Shown: positions 47,216 through 60,225, numbered from the whole stretch's first letter. The stretch: DNA of 63,556 nt, filler included, from Rhabdomonas costata (GCA_019059605.1; 41 parts of 41 records of this genome joined end to end with filler, not necessarily neighbours in it); one strand, 5' to 3'. Made by a program: numbers and translations. The notes: a model not told the origin generated them from the letters alone.

Positions 47216-50211
47216 AGGGCACACGAGGAGGAGGTTTTCAATGAAACAGAGTTGACCCTCCAAACGAGCAACAACGAAATTCTGCAAAAAAAAAAACGTG
47301 CTGTTCTTTCAACCGTAAAATTCTTTTGCCCCACATGTGACCATTTGCAACTTTGTTTACTCTGCACTCGGCACTTAATCAGCCCTTTCGGAGAACAGAC
47401 ACGATTCAGATCCGCTTCTGGTACCAGCAAGGGGGGCCTCGAACCATTTTTATGACCTATTTTCCCGGTGCAACACAAACCTAATGCTGCGAGAACAAGC
47501 AGCTCTCCCCGGGGACATGTGCACTGCAAACCTCTCCGACACAGAGAAAGTAAAAAGGCCCATATCGCGGCTTTGCGTCATGCGTTCCCTCAAGGGGATT
47601 CTGGTCCCCTTGAAACCCCTTACACAAATACCACCACCCGGTTAATGTGTGTATAACCACCGGATGCAGTGGGTCCCTCTCTGAATTCAGCAGCAGCCGC
47701 AAGCAATCTACAGCGGCAGCGTGATTCGAAATTTGTTCAAAGCAAAGCCCCCTGAAAAATGAAAATATATAATAAATAAATAAATAGTAGATTTATTATA
47801 TATTTTCATTTTTCAGGGGGCTTTGCTATATATAATGCCAATGTAACACCACTCTACTATCCACTTTAGGTTGGAGTACTTGAGCAACCTGTACTGTTCA
47901 TACCTACCTACTGGTAATAGCGCGGGACCTACATAAGTTACTTAGCTTAGTTTCGGCTTCCACGAAACTAAGCTAAGTAACTTTTCCCCCTCTTCCCAGG
48001 ACTCTGGCACAACAACCGCTGAGCCGAAACCACCCCACACNNNNNNNNNNNNNNNNNNNNNNNNNNNNNNNNNNNNNNNNNNNNTTAATTAATTAANNNN
48101 NNNNNNNNNNNNNNNNNNNNNNNNNNNNNNNNNNNNNNNNGGGTGGTGGTGCAAGGTTGCTATGCAAGGGTCTTACCCCGTCCCCTACTACTGGGATGGT
48201 TTTGGGGATGGTAATTTCCATCCTTCGACTTAAGCGATGTGGTTCGATGTTTGTTTTTTAAGTGTCTACTCTGCCCTCATCGGCAATTTTGAATGCCGGC
48301 GGTATGTGTGCATGTGATGCGCCCGATGAGGTGCACCGATTCTGTCCACCTTACTGGGCTTCTTGCTTGGTTCCGCTGCGAATTATGTGATGTGCATGCC
48401 TTCCCTTGCACGTCAATGCTGTGACATACCAGCCTTGACGGATTTATTCCGTACAGCATACAGCTTGCATTACATTGGCTCCGTTCACAGTTGGGCTTAC
48501 TGTGCTAGCTTGCTCGTGGGCCTGATGAGAGTACATTAGATTGGGGTGATGTTTTTTATTGTTGGGGGTAGAATGTTCGCTTTCGTCAGATTGGAGCGAA
48601 GAACAACTTCTTACCGTGATAAGTTGCGAAAAAAGCGAACCCCTGCAGGATGACGCCGATTTAACAATCATGTGGAAGATACCCTTTGGGAAAGCTTTTG
48701 CTTCCCTTCTCCAAAGCGAAAGACCGGTTCACTCCTCTCTTCATCCACTTCTTCCACCCTTTTTCGAAATTCAGCTACTGGAGGTGGTGTGGTAATTCAG
48801 TGGGGTCCAAGGTTTGGATGGCTCGTTCTTTCATTTGTTTTCTCCTCACTGATGCGTGTATTCGAGCCTGATCTTCCTGGTGCTGGTGTTTGCAGGGCTG
48901 CTTTGGGGTACTCTCTCTGTTACTGTGGGTAGACCCGCAGGGAACTCATCCCTTTGCGTGTCCTCTCTTTCGGGCTTGGCCCCACTTTTAGCCCTTTTGT
49001 TTTGGCGGAGTCTTTTCTTCGGCCGTTATCGGTTCCCCTCCAAAGCGGCTCAAAAATAGAAACCTCTGGGCAAAATCCTGCGTTTGGGCAGCATTTCCGC
49101 GTGGAATGTGTGCGCGTTCGACTGCCTGATGCTTTCGGTATGTGAGCGCTGGGCTTCGCCCCTTCTCCTGCGTTTTCGGGTTTTGTACGTTTGCCCTTTG
49201 GCCTTTCGCAAATTTCCTTTTTTCAATGCGTGGGTGATTTAAAAGGGTGTTGTACGATGCTAAAACCTCCAAACATTTCAAATGCTGTCGAGGCCCGCTT
49301 ACCCATTTAATCAAAAAAACAAACCTCACAGAAAATTGCGCCCCACACAAATGCAACCACAAAGCCATTCAATCCCAAAAGCTGCCGAACCGTTCCTGAT
49401 TCGAAGGCTTATTTTGAACTTTCGACCCTTTAACTGCCCGCCCCTTCAAAGGTGGCTTATTTTATTTCAGGTATCTTCGATTAAATGGCCCGCGCGGTCG
49501 AAAAAGTCACGCCCGGAACCCACGAGATGATCATCATTATTATTATATTATTTTGTTCGCAATGAAGAAGATTCCTTTCACCAACCCCACCCCNNNNNNN
49601 NNNNNNNNNNNNNNNNNNNNNNNNNNNNNNNNNNNNNTTAATTAATTAANNNNNNNNNNNNNNNNNNNNNNNNNNNNNNNNNNNNNNNNNNNNGGGTTGG
49701 GGCTCACCCCACTTTCGAGGGACTAGCGCTTACTCTCTCGGTTTGTGCCGTTTCCTTTGCCTCAGTCCAAGGTGGGACACTTCGTCGCCCCAGGCCGGAG
49801 TGGTCCAGCGGAGATAGGGGTGGCGGTGCGGGGAAGCGAGATCAAGTGACGCTGACGAGGACTTTCATCTGCTAGGTGAAATGGATGTCCTCCAGCAAAA
49901 GAGTGCGGCTGGTACACTCCCTCTCTCAGCTGCCTTTTGCTGACATATGCATGGATGAGTGGATCTTGTGACAAACGCAAACGCGAGCGAAATTTCTTGT
50001 GTTGTCGCAACGTTTCCTTTTTCTCCTTTTCTAGCGCCCCTGGCATGTGCAGCCGCATCTTTCCTTTCCTGGGGCATCTGATCAAACTCGTGGGCTGTCC
50101 TCTGTCACTGTGTACTAAATGCATGTAATTCTTTTGCTTTAAATCCATAGAACTTTAGCTTGTGTCCTATGTCGACTGTCGCCTCCTCCCCATCGTCGGT
50201 GCTCTCCATAG

Positions 50212-50418
50212 GACTCCTCCGGCCAAGTGCCCTTGGCTCTGGGAGTGCTCCACCGCTGCGCTGTGCTGTCCGGGCCCACCTTCGCCCGCAAGGCCATGGC
50301 CGCGGGGGACCTTGTGGACCCCGCCACGGCCACCGCGCTGCTGCACCACGCCGCGCAGCACGGCATGACGAAGTTCGCCACCACCTTACTGGAGAATGGA
50401 GTGGAGGCCTCCACGAAA
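50212..50418 (+). CDS. Ankyrin-repeat exon
   Basis: DSSGQVPLAL...LLHHAAQHGMTKFATTLLENGVEASTK, flanked by TAG and GTGCT. Confidence 0.75.
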
Positions 50419-53404
50419 GTGCTTATCTTTTTCAGTTGGATGCTCACGTGGACAGCGAGGCTTTTGTGACCTCTGTTTTGCGTTATGAGTGCCATGATAT
50501 TCCATTGGTTCAAATCCTCATTCTCCAATCCAGGTGTCCGGTCGACCGCTTCAAAAAACCAGCGCCTGTAAGAGTTTTCTTTTGGGAATGCTCAGAAGCG
50601 GAGAGTATTTCATTTGTTGGTTCGTTCGATCGATTGATGGGGGTAGGGGGAGGTAACTGTTGATGCTCACTTTCTCGCTCACTCTTCAGAGTACATTTAC
50701 TCCGTTTTGTGGAGTTCGGATGGGAGGATATCTTATCGTTGCGACTTATAAGCCTCTCCGCCGGTACACCTCTACGGAGCGGAAATGCCAGCTCCTCGTT
50801 GTGAATGTGGCATCTGCAGAGGTCTATTTTACTACCTAATTGCTTAACTTTGCTGCTTCCGTGTCTATCAAGTGTGCCGTGATCCTTTGTAGGCAGCCTC
50901 AAATTTTTAGGACTCAGGCATTTGTTACGCTGCGCTGGTTTGCGTTGCGCCCTGCTGGTTTCCCACGAAATGGTTTTCAGCACTGAGCTGTGCCGCATTT
51001 TGAGTACTTGTGTACGTTTTGCGGTGGATCAGAATCCGGGAGTCTGGAGGAGGTGGGTTATAATCTGCTGCAGTTTTTCATCACTGTGAATTCTTCTTTG
51101 ACATAGGGACAGGTGGGTTTGTTGTTTGTGTTTGTGTATGTTTGTGNNNNNNNNNNNNNNNNNNNNNNNNNNNNNNNNNNNNNNNNNNNNTTAATTAATT
51201 AANNNNNNNNNNNNNNNNNNNNNNNNNNNNNNNNNNNNNNNNNNNNCACCCCCGCCCCGTTTCATAAAGTCGACGCCCGCAGAGAGCACCAGAGCGACCT
51301 CCGGACAAACGGAAGAGACCTCCGCCCCGTTCTAGGTGCCAAGACACCTAAAGACACCTAGGTAAGCCGAGGCAGCGCCCACATTGTGCAAGCAAGGTCG
51401 GGATACAGTCCAGCTCGAGTGGGATCCAGAGGCAAGACCACCCGCAGAGGTAGGAGCCACGTAAGAGTTCCAGCAGCATAGTTGGAGTGTGACACGAACC
51501 CAATCGGCTATGTTTGGGCTGGACTTTCATGCGTCGGATCAATACCTCAACCGACAGGCAGCCGGATGTTGTTCGAGTTTTGGTGGCGCTGCCTAGAACT
51601 TCTTCGAGCTTGCGATTCTTTATGAATCTAGAAAGTACGATGTTAAGAGCAACACATTATTCTAGTTGGGTTATTTCCAATCCACTAGGGACGATCGTTC
51701 TGAAGAGTGTATTTTTCCTTCTCTCTCGGTTCTATCTCCGATTCTCAAACAAAGAGCAAGCTCAACACATGGGGAGCTTGGAAGGGGGTAGGAGGAATCT
51801 GGTCACAACAACGTCTCTTGATGATAAAAATGTGTGATCACCATGCGCTCGATGGATGGCCTGGCAAAACCTACACAAACTGGTAACGAAGAGAAAAAAT
51901 GGGCCAAACCCCAATCAAAGACGAAAAATCCAAAATAAATAGAAGGAAGGAATGCCTCTTTTGTGGTTAGGGGTGCGGTCAGCACGGCTGGTATTTAGAT
52001 GTATGGTTTGGGTCACATGAATCGGTGTCCATGGATCCGACCTGAAAAGCATGGAATTTCCAACGGAAAACGTGTCTCAAATGGTACGGCGGAGGTCAGC
52101 CCTGAGCTTTTCTAGCGGTTTAGTGTGGTGTGGATATGTGGGGTCGAAAATGCTATCCAAACAGAAGCAAAAAAGCAGAGGCGCACCGGGAGAAATAAAG
52201 AAAACGGAGAAATATAAAAAGATGAAAGTTTGATTTTCGGCAAATGGGTCGAAAGGATCCCCAAAACCACAGTATTTGCAGTGGTAGAGAAAAGCCTTTG
52301 GATGTGCTAAATGGGGATTTGTTTTCAAATGGAACTGGTGCATTGGTGGGAAAAAAGGTTAAAGTGCGACACGCTTGCAACAGAGTCGATGTGACTGCGA
52401 TGCAAAAATTAGAAAATAGAATAGAAAAGAAAAATAAAAAGCTAGGAAATTATTGGAGATCTCTAGCACGAAAACCGGTAAAAAGAGGAACACGTGTGAA
52501 CGTGCAATGGGTCTGAATTCGTGTGAAACTGGAAATCAGTCGGAAGAACCGATGAGATCACTGTCTCAAATCCGGAGTCCCGAGTGATAGATAATGCCGA
52601 AGAGGTCAGCACACCATGGTCCCGCTTGGACACTTGGTGTCTCGATGGTGGTCGGGTAGCCCTGGGATCCGTGATCCGTCAGTGATATCGATGACACAAN
52701 NNNNNNNNNNNNNNNNNNNNNNNNNNNNNNNNNNNNNNNNNNNTTAATTAATTAANNNNNNNNNNNNNNNNNNNNNNNNNNNNNNNNNNNNNNNNNNNNT
52801 TGTTGTTTGAGCGTGTTTGAGCTAACCCTAAACGCAACTTTTAAATCATTTCACTTGGCCAGTAACCTGTCTGGCGGGATGAATGATTTCCACCCCAAAA
52901 TCGGAAGCGAGTGTGCAACGGGTTTTGTTCTTCGTCTTTTTCCAACTTCGCTTTTCTCTGAGCTGGCTTACGATCTCGCTGCCAGCTGTAAACTTTTGTT
53001 TGTGCCGCTTCTCTGGCGGCACACTTCCCATGTTGATGAGTTCGTTTTTACCACTTCGAATGCTTCTCGCGTTCGTTGGCTTGGCGCACTTCTCACTCAC
53101 GGCTCATGGTTTGTTTCTTTTTTAGTTTTTGGTCTCACACATCCTTTTGCGGAACTGGGACAGAGGGAGAAAAAGATTATTGAAAGATGAATAAACAAAC
53201 AGGCACAGCCAAAGTGAAAGAAGTCAATTGGGAGGAATTTATACAGGAGGTGGAAAGAAAACTTTCATTCTTCCGTCTCGCGCTGGGTTCATGTTGTGGC
53301 GTGTTGATCTTCCCCCCCCCCATTTTTTTTTGCATGTTTTGCTGCATTTTCTGGAAGCCTAACATAATTCGCAATCTTCCCACCTTTTCATGCGGTGGTC
53401 TCAG

Positions 53405-53707
53405 GTACCTTTTGCAACATCACTGTCTCTGGACGGGTGGGGAGCTTTTCCGACATAAACGGAGTGTACCTGTTTCAGAAGCAAGTCCATGACAATCACC
53501 CGTTATACTACTCCTCGCCTTCGAACCTATACCTGTTCTTTGACGCCGCTAGCTCCTGCTGGCAAATTTCGTCGGCCCTTAGTGGGGCCCCGATTGCTTT
53601 TAATGTGGACCCCACACCTACGCCAGATCAGATCACCTTGGACTGGTTTGTGTACGACGGCTTGGGTAACTTCACTGTGGACCACAGTGTGTTTTCCGCC
53701 TGTGAAG
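53405..53707 (+). CDS. Single symmetric (phase 1-1) exon encoding a ~100-aa extracellular module
   Basis: C.ITVSG...INGVY...DNHPLY...LYLFF...WQISSAL...PDQITLDWFVYDG..F..D..V..AC, a 303-nt exon between CAG and GTATT. Cys at both ends. Confidence 0.7.
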
Positions 53708-54609
53708 GTATTTCATGCACTGTTCGTTTCTGCTTCGCGGTCAAACGCGGTCAAACCTCTGTCATCGCCTGACCGAAAACTCGTGAAACTTTCGTCGCGT
53801 TCCTTACGTGCTGCCAAGAGTTGTTTGAGGCCAGTTGTAGAGGCTCGTTCGATCTTTTCAAATAGGTGCACTTTGGAGCCGTTTTGGAGCTGGACTTTTG
53901 TTTTCGCGCGCGCTTGCCTGTGTGAAGCTCGAAAACAACCCGACACTTCACAGTTATAATACTAGCGTTTCCCACAAAATTTTTTTTTGAAAATATAGCT
54001 ATTTCAACCCCCCCTTTTTTTTGAAAAGCATGAAAATTTACAAAATTCATTTTCTCTTTTGATTTTTACTCAGACACCAAAGACTTGCCCACAAGGCTTA
54101 AAAACTCACCGAAAAAAGGGTTTGTGCTAACTCCCTCCCGCTCTTGTGAAAACCCCTCACTCTAGGCTCTTTTCAAAGTTTTGTGTTCCCCTCCAATGTT
54201 TGATGTTAACTTATTTTACCCGTTTTCAACCAGAAACATCAAAAAAAAANNNNNNNNNNNNNNNNNNNNNNNNNNNNNNNNNNNNNNNNNNNNTTAATTA
54301 ATTAANNNNNNNNNNNNNNNNNNNNNNNNNNNNNNNNNNNNNNNNNNNNTTGGTTTTCGAAGTACCAGACATATCGAGGTGTTGAAAAAACGTGATGTGG
54401 TTTCCCTTGCGCACCTGGAATTGAACCCGATTAATTTTTATAGTATCCTTTCATGTAATGACACTGTCTTTCCAACTCTGCCAGGACAGCATCGGCACTG
54501 AATCGTGTCTTCTCGACAGCTTTGCTCAACTGCTTTTTACCTTTTGGGTTATGGGGGTGCATGCGGTTTCCATGCGTTTTCATGTTACTTACCTTTTTGG
54601 GGCCGTCAG

Positions 54610-55708
54610 CGTGAGGCAGTTGTTCCGGTGAAGTTGACGGAGACTGACGTGGAAGTGACGGCAAAGTGCATGGAGCAGTTCGAGCGCACCGACGCGGAGT
54701 TCGCGGCGGCCGAGGCCTGGGTCCTGCAACAAGCGCGCAAGCTGAACGAGGAGAAGCCCGCGGCCCTCTTTCCTGTGGAGGCGTCCTCCATCAGCGTGAT
54801 TTCGGATGGCCCGAACGGAGCCGCTGAGGTTGGAGGATCCGACCCCCCCCCCCAAAAGTAAAAAATCCCCCAGGTGTGTGTGGGGTGGGGAGGGGCGGAA
54901 ATGGATGAGAGGGAAGTAGGCATGGCACACCGATACAGGCGTTGCTGGGAAAGTCGGAAAGGGATCCCTTCCTGTAGTCTGCCTGTGTCGGAGTATGTGG
55001 CTGTCAGTGGATATTGAAGAATCGTGTGAGAAGCCCGCCGAAAGGAAAACTCGAAATAAAATTGCAACTTATCCAAACAGTGCGTATGCGTGTGTGTGGG
55101 GACGGCATTTGAAGTGCAGAAGGGGAGATTTTCTGAAAATGTTTCTGAAAGATGATCTGGGTGCCCGGAATTACGCGATGGAAAGTCAAGTTCGTTCCAG
55201 TCCTGCCATTTAAATAGTGCGGTCGGTGTGTGTGTGGGGGGGGGGGAAGTGCTGTGGGCATAAGCTGACCCTGGACAAGTCTCTTGTTATGAGAGGGAGA
55301 GAGAGTACCTAGCAAGACCCAGGGGTTTGACCCCGGGTCAAGCACAGTTGGGGGGGGGGAAGGGGCGGCGTTAGACCCCCGTTAGGCGTCTAACACCCGT
55401 CTAACGCCTCCTAACCCATGCCCCTTGTTTTTGCGGACCGGTCAAATGTGCTGCAGGCCTCTGTGGGGCTGGCCGTCACCCCTCTGCGGGACGTCTCCGT
55501 CACCACTGTGGGGCTTCGTGGGGACCCTGCGCTGCCCCTCTCTGAGGCCGAGCAGCTGCCGCTCTTCTTCGGGCTGTCACCAACGCACCCCTCCATTGCC
55601 ATAGCAGCAGTCCCCGAGAAGGACCTTTTTGCGCCTGAGCCTTGCGCCGCAGCAACAGCAGCCGTGGTGGCTGCCGCATTGTACCCTGCAATTGATGGGA
55701 TTGCGAAG
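54610..55708 (+). CDS. Unknown protein, two probable exons
   Basis: GC3-rich frames at 54610-~54780 (REAVVPVKL...ALFPVE, possible GC donor) and 55457-55708 (ASVGLAVTPLRD...IDGIAK, GTGTC donor). Confidence 0.45.
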
Positions 55709-57689
55709 GTGTCCACGTTTGCCTACCACCCGTTCTATAACTGGAAGGGATTTGCCGCGTAACAGCACTGCATCCTACAATGGGGGGGGGATTGACCAAT
55801 ANNNNNNNNNNNNNNNNNNNNNNNNNNNNNNNNNNNNNNNNNNNNTTAATTAATTAANNNNNNNNNNNNNNNNNNNNNNNNNNNNNNNNNNNNNNNNNNN
55901 NATTGGTGGAAAACGCCGTCAATTGGAAACAATTCCCAACATGCATGTTCAAGAACCCGCATAACCAGGAATCTCATTTTCAGCATGTCCTGTTATACGC
56001 CGTTTGACTTCTCCAGCAAGCTAAACAATATGAACCTCCAGTCACCTTGTGTGGCTGCTTAATTTTGAGTTTGCGTGAACCTGGCCACCAATATGCAGCC
56101 TGGAACAAATAAGGCACGAATGTCTTTGATTGTGAAGCGTTTAGTCCAGGGAAACAAAACAAAAACCACGTTTTAATTAGTTGTTATACGGCGGGTTGAT
56201 CAAATCTGGCTGTTGAAACCTATCTGCAACTTTTTGGGTGTATGCAACACACACAAATGAAGGAACCTGGCCAGGGACGAAGCACAACTAGTTATCAGAA
56301 GAAAAAGTGCAACAAAGTAAATAATAAGCCATCTTGCGAAGGCATGGCCCACAGGGACACGCCGTAGTAGTGGATATCATGAGCGTAGCAATGTACGTAG
56401 GATGATGGTGTAGGCCTCGGAGGACTACGTTTTGAGCCTTTCTACTATTTGAGTTTCACCTTATCCTTAGCTGCAAATGATACAAATGATTAATCTGCTT
56501 TGCAGGAGCCATCCGTAGTAGATGGAAGTAGTTGCAGCATATCCAAAAACACTGTGATTGGTACATGGGCATATGTGTGTGGTTGATGAACCAACATTCT
56601 TGTATCATTCATTTTGGTTTCATCCTTGCATGTGGGTCTGCCTCGGTGGCCTCCTTTTTAAGTATTTCTACAATTTGGTCTTCATCTTAGCCTTATTCAC
56701 AAATGATTGGTCTGCGTAGCAGGTGCCATCAGTAGTAGAGTGCACCGCTGGTAGACATCCTGAGTTTCAAACGGCTTTTACACTCATCGAGCGTAGCGAT
56801 AGAGTGTAATGAGTGAGCTTAGCGAGTAGACGGACCATGACAGGCCACCACAAATACACCATCATGGTAGTATACATACAAGGTGTGTAGCGGTACAAGC
56901 ATCTCTATATCTGAGTGTATGTAATCACATCACTAGTATTACTTCATGCTTTTACTCAGTGGGTATTTTATGAAAATTTAAGGGGAATTTTCGCGTGAGT
57001 TTATATGTTGCGCTTTTGGTACAGGTTTCTGCAATTTCTTCATAGGTGTGGTCGCGGATGTGTTGGTTAAGTTATTTGGACAAGAAGGTGGAATTTTTGC
57101 TTGGGTTTTTGTGTTTGTGGTTCGTATTTAGTATTTTGTGGGGTGTCTGGTTCTGGTTTTATGAAGTGAGTCCGTGGTTTCATGTGTCGTTAGTCAGTCT
57201 TGTGGTGTTTGTGTTGATACTGTATTCTAGAGTATGGATCATGGATGTTTTGCCTCTACCAAGCCATCCGCTTACGCCTTTTCAACCTAAAATAAGTCAA
57301 GCAAGAAGAAAACGGCAAACTAATACAGTGCAGCAATAAAGCTTTAGACATGGNNNNNNNNNNNNNNNNNNNNNNNNNNNNNNNNNNNNNNNNNNNNTTA
57401 ATTAATTAANNNNNNNNNNNNNNNNNNNNNNNNNNNNNNNNNNNNNNNNNNNNGGTGTGGTGTGTTTGGTTGGTGTTGGTGCAGCTACTACCGCCAAGCC
57501 CCCGCAGGCTCTCCCGGTAGAACGACTGACCCTGCTGGTGCTGGGACGGCGAACCAGCAGCAGCAGCGCAGCGGCAGCGACAGCAGCGGCGGCAGTGACG
57601 ATGATGATGTCGATGCTCTGCTGACGCTCTGCGTCGCGCCGCTTGGTGCTGCAGCCACAGGGACCCCTTCAGGAGGGCTTGGGACGGGA

Positions 57690-58830
57690 GCCGTAGGTTC
57701 GAGATAGGTTCGGAGTGCAGTGGCACTCTGCCAGGTGAGCCCAAGTTGTGCCAGTTGAGTTGGGAGCAGCCCTTCGCGGGGATGGAGCGGAAGAACGCAG
57801 TGTTCCGACAAAGAAGACGGCGGGCCCAAGTGGATTGCCCTGCTGGACGCCCTTTGCAGAAGAGATGATGCCGTGCTGTGTGAATAGGGGGCATGGCACC
57901 AATTCGCCCAAGGGCCTAACCCACTTGAGGGTGGAAATGCTCTCTCGCCAAGCAGTTGAAAAGATTTGTACAAGGCAGAGGGAGCCATCTGAGGTTTCCC
58001 GCCACTCCCTCAGGCTGTGGACACTCAGTTCACAAGCGTTCGTTCGAAACACCAACCCTGACTTGGTTGGGAGCGACCACGGAACACAGACGAGGACTGA
58101 TAGGACTGATACGAGAGCAGAACTTTGCTTTCCAGTCTTCTCAGAATCTCCCCCACAGCGACTGGACGCACCCCACCACCCTCCTTTCCAAGCCCGATGA
58201 GACGAGCGCCCGCTCAGAAGAAAGAAAGCTCTGCAGGGACCTGGTCATTCCTGCAAGTTAACGAGCTTTGTTAACACAGTAAGAGCTTCTTGAGTGACTG
58301 AGGGGCTGCATCCCGCTCCAGAGCCCGGGGCAAAGGACAGCGCGGCCTCCCGGAGTGCGTCTGAACTCAGGTCCACCAGGGGCTGAGCGGGAACCGGGGC
58401 CCGTGGGACTGAAGCTCCAGGCGGATGCAGTACCTGCAGGGAGGAAAAGGTATCTGCGGCGGGCGTTGCAATGGAGAAGAGCATCCGTGCACCCTTGCCT
58501 GAGTTGCCCTCGGCCACTGCTTGCATCCCGCCCTGCACGGAGAGATGGAAAGCTCATCGCAGAGCCCGTGATCCCCACAGGCAGATGGTGGCGTCGCGGC
58601 CACACTGGGGGAAAAATTCCGGGCAACTGACCAGTGATGTAGGCGGCTGTGAACTGCGGAAGCAACCTTGCGCTGATAAAGATGGCCTCCACAAGGAAAG
58701 GATCTCAGAACCAGTTCGGGAACGGCAGGACGAGGAAGCTTGTGAACGTGTTGGAGCAGGTACGAAGGCATCCAAAGTGGCGGTGAAGGCAGCACAAGCC
58801 ACTCGCACCCCTTTGGAATATGGCTAACTC
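57690..58830 (-). mobile_element. Degenerate CRE-like (restriction-like endonuclease group) non-LTR retrotransposon RT
   Basis: Motifs in order across frameshifts: LREAALSFAPGSGAG (~58360-58310), GGVRPVAVGEILRRL (~58180-58135), PNQV.VG...ACELSVH, WANWC, IISSAKGVQQGNPLGPAVF (~57870-57810). No introns. Confidence 0.8.
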
Positions 58831-59005
58831 CATGCGAGATCTTCTTGTTCCAGGGACACCCCTCCCAAGACCGTACCCAGGCGAAGTTCGCTTGAAATGC
58901 ACATTNNNNNNNNNNNNNNNNNNNNNNNNNNNNNNNNNNNNNNNNNNNNTTAATTAATTAANNNNNNNNNNNNNNNNNNNNNNNNNNNNNNNNNNNNNNN
59001 NNNNN

Positions 59006-60225
59006 CCCCCACGGCTCTCAGCGCAGGCTGCAGCGGCAGAGGCTCTTCGGAGGGCAGCCCGGCCCTCTCGGCAAAGCGGTCATAGGGCAAACCCTCGGGG
59101 TACTCCGCCCGACACAGTGTGCGGTAGGCGGCGCGGAGGGTAGGCGTAGGCGGAGTGGTGGCGGAGCGCCTGGCCAGGTGAAGGTCGTGGTGCAGGGCGG
59201 CACGGGCGCGGGCCAGGATGGAGTCTAGGGAGAGCGTGCCCTTGTTGAGGATGGAGAGGTAGCGGGCTCGAAGCCCAACGGTTTCCTACAACATAGAACG
59301 AAAAGCACGAAGGGGCACAACGGAGCGAGAGGGGGTGCAAAGTAATCGAAAAGCTGTTCAGTACTTACCAAAAAGGAAGGCAATAGTAGTCCCCCTGAAA
59401 CAAAAAGAAACGAGTGTTTTAGCACTTTTTGAATAAGAAAAGATAGAAGTCGAACAGCTGGCAGGACGGTTTCCTTTCCTCCACCGGCTTTATAACAATA
59501 CTGGGATATGCACATTTGATTTCGCTAAATACGTGCTTTTTCCGACCTTGTGTTGGCGTGGAAGCAGCATCGACTCGTCACCACTGTCAAACCACCCCCT
59601 TCCCAATGACTCCAGGAAACAAAAACCTCAATTTCGGAGAGCGAGGCGGCGACCTTCCCTTCGAGAAGCTCAGCCGCCTCTCTCCTTGTGAAGTCCCGCG
59701 CGTACACCACGGGCACGGTTCCAAGCTGTGAGTTACCCCGGAGAGCCCTCAAAATGTCGTCCCATATGCATTCAAAACTCTTTCCAAAAGGAAGGATAGG
59801 AGATGGAAAGAGAAAGGGATAGGCCAGATTTGCACCAGACCAAAGATAGCTTCGTCTGGGGATTTCCACTATTCTGCTATGGGGCTTGGCCAACGAATTC
59901 TTGATTGCACCCGACCCGCTGAATCACCCTATTTCAGGCCCCGCGACTACTTGGTGTGGCTGGAAGGTTGTATTGTTAGGTGGAGACCCAACACCACGAG
60001 GTACCCGAAGGTAACGCATAGTTTCAAAACCAGACCACCACCAACCTTACGATGCCTGGCAAAATGACAACAAATCACTTCAACCAAGCGGTTGTGTGTG
60101 ACTCTGTGCGTGTGGAAGAATGCTCGTGTGTGTCAAACCTTTCTCAGCTCCTCAGCTGTCATTTCTGGTTTCGCAACTGCTCGAGACAGTGATTGCGGTA
60201 AATTTGACTTGGAGCATTTCGGTGC
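59006..60225 (-). CDS. Unknown protein, three phase-0 exons
   Basis: Exons 60225-60139, 59725-59627 (LGTVPVVYARDFTRREAAELLEGKVAASLSEIE) and 59285-<59006 (ETVGLRARYLSILNKG...). All have AG/GT sites and are in frame. Confidence 0.55.

Noticed and set aside
47741-47983. Two strong hairpins upstream of GRASP as terminators or MITEs
   Set aside because: They lie near a contig end and follow the same pattern as the other fold-backs. They cannot be distinguished from amplification artefact.
57046-57339. 97-aa hydrophobic ORF as a membrane protein
   Set aside because: It is G/T-skewed sequence near a contig end that yields V/F/L/W by composition alone, probably primer-derived or low-complexity DNA.
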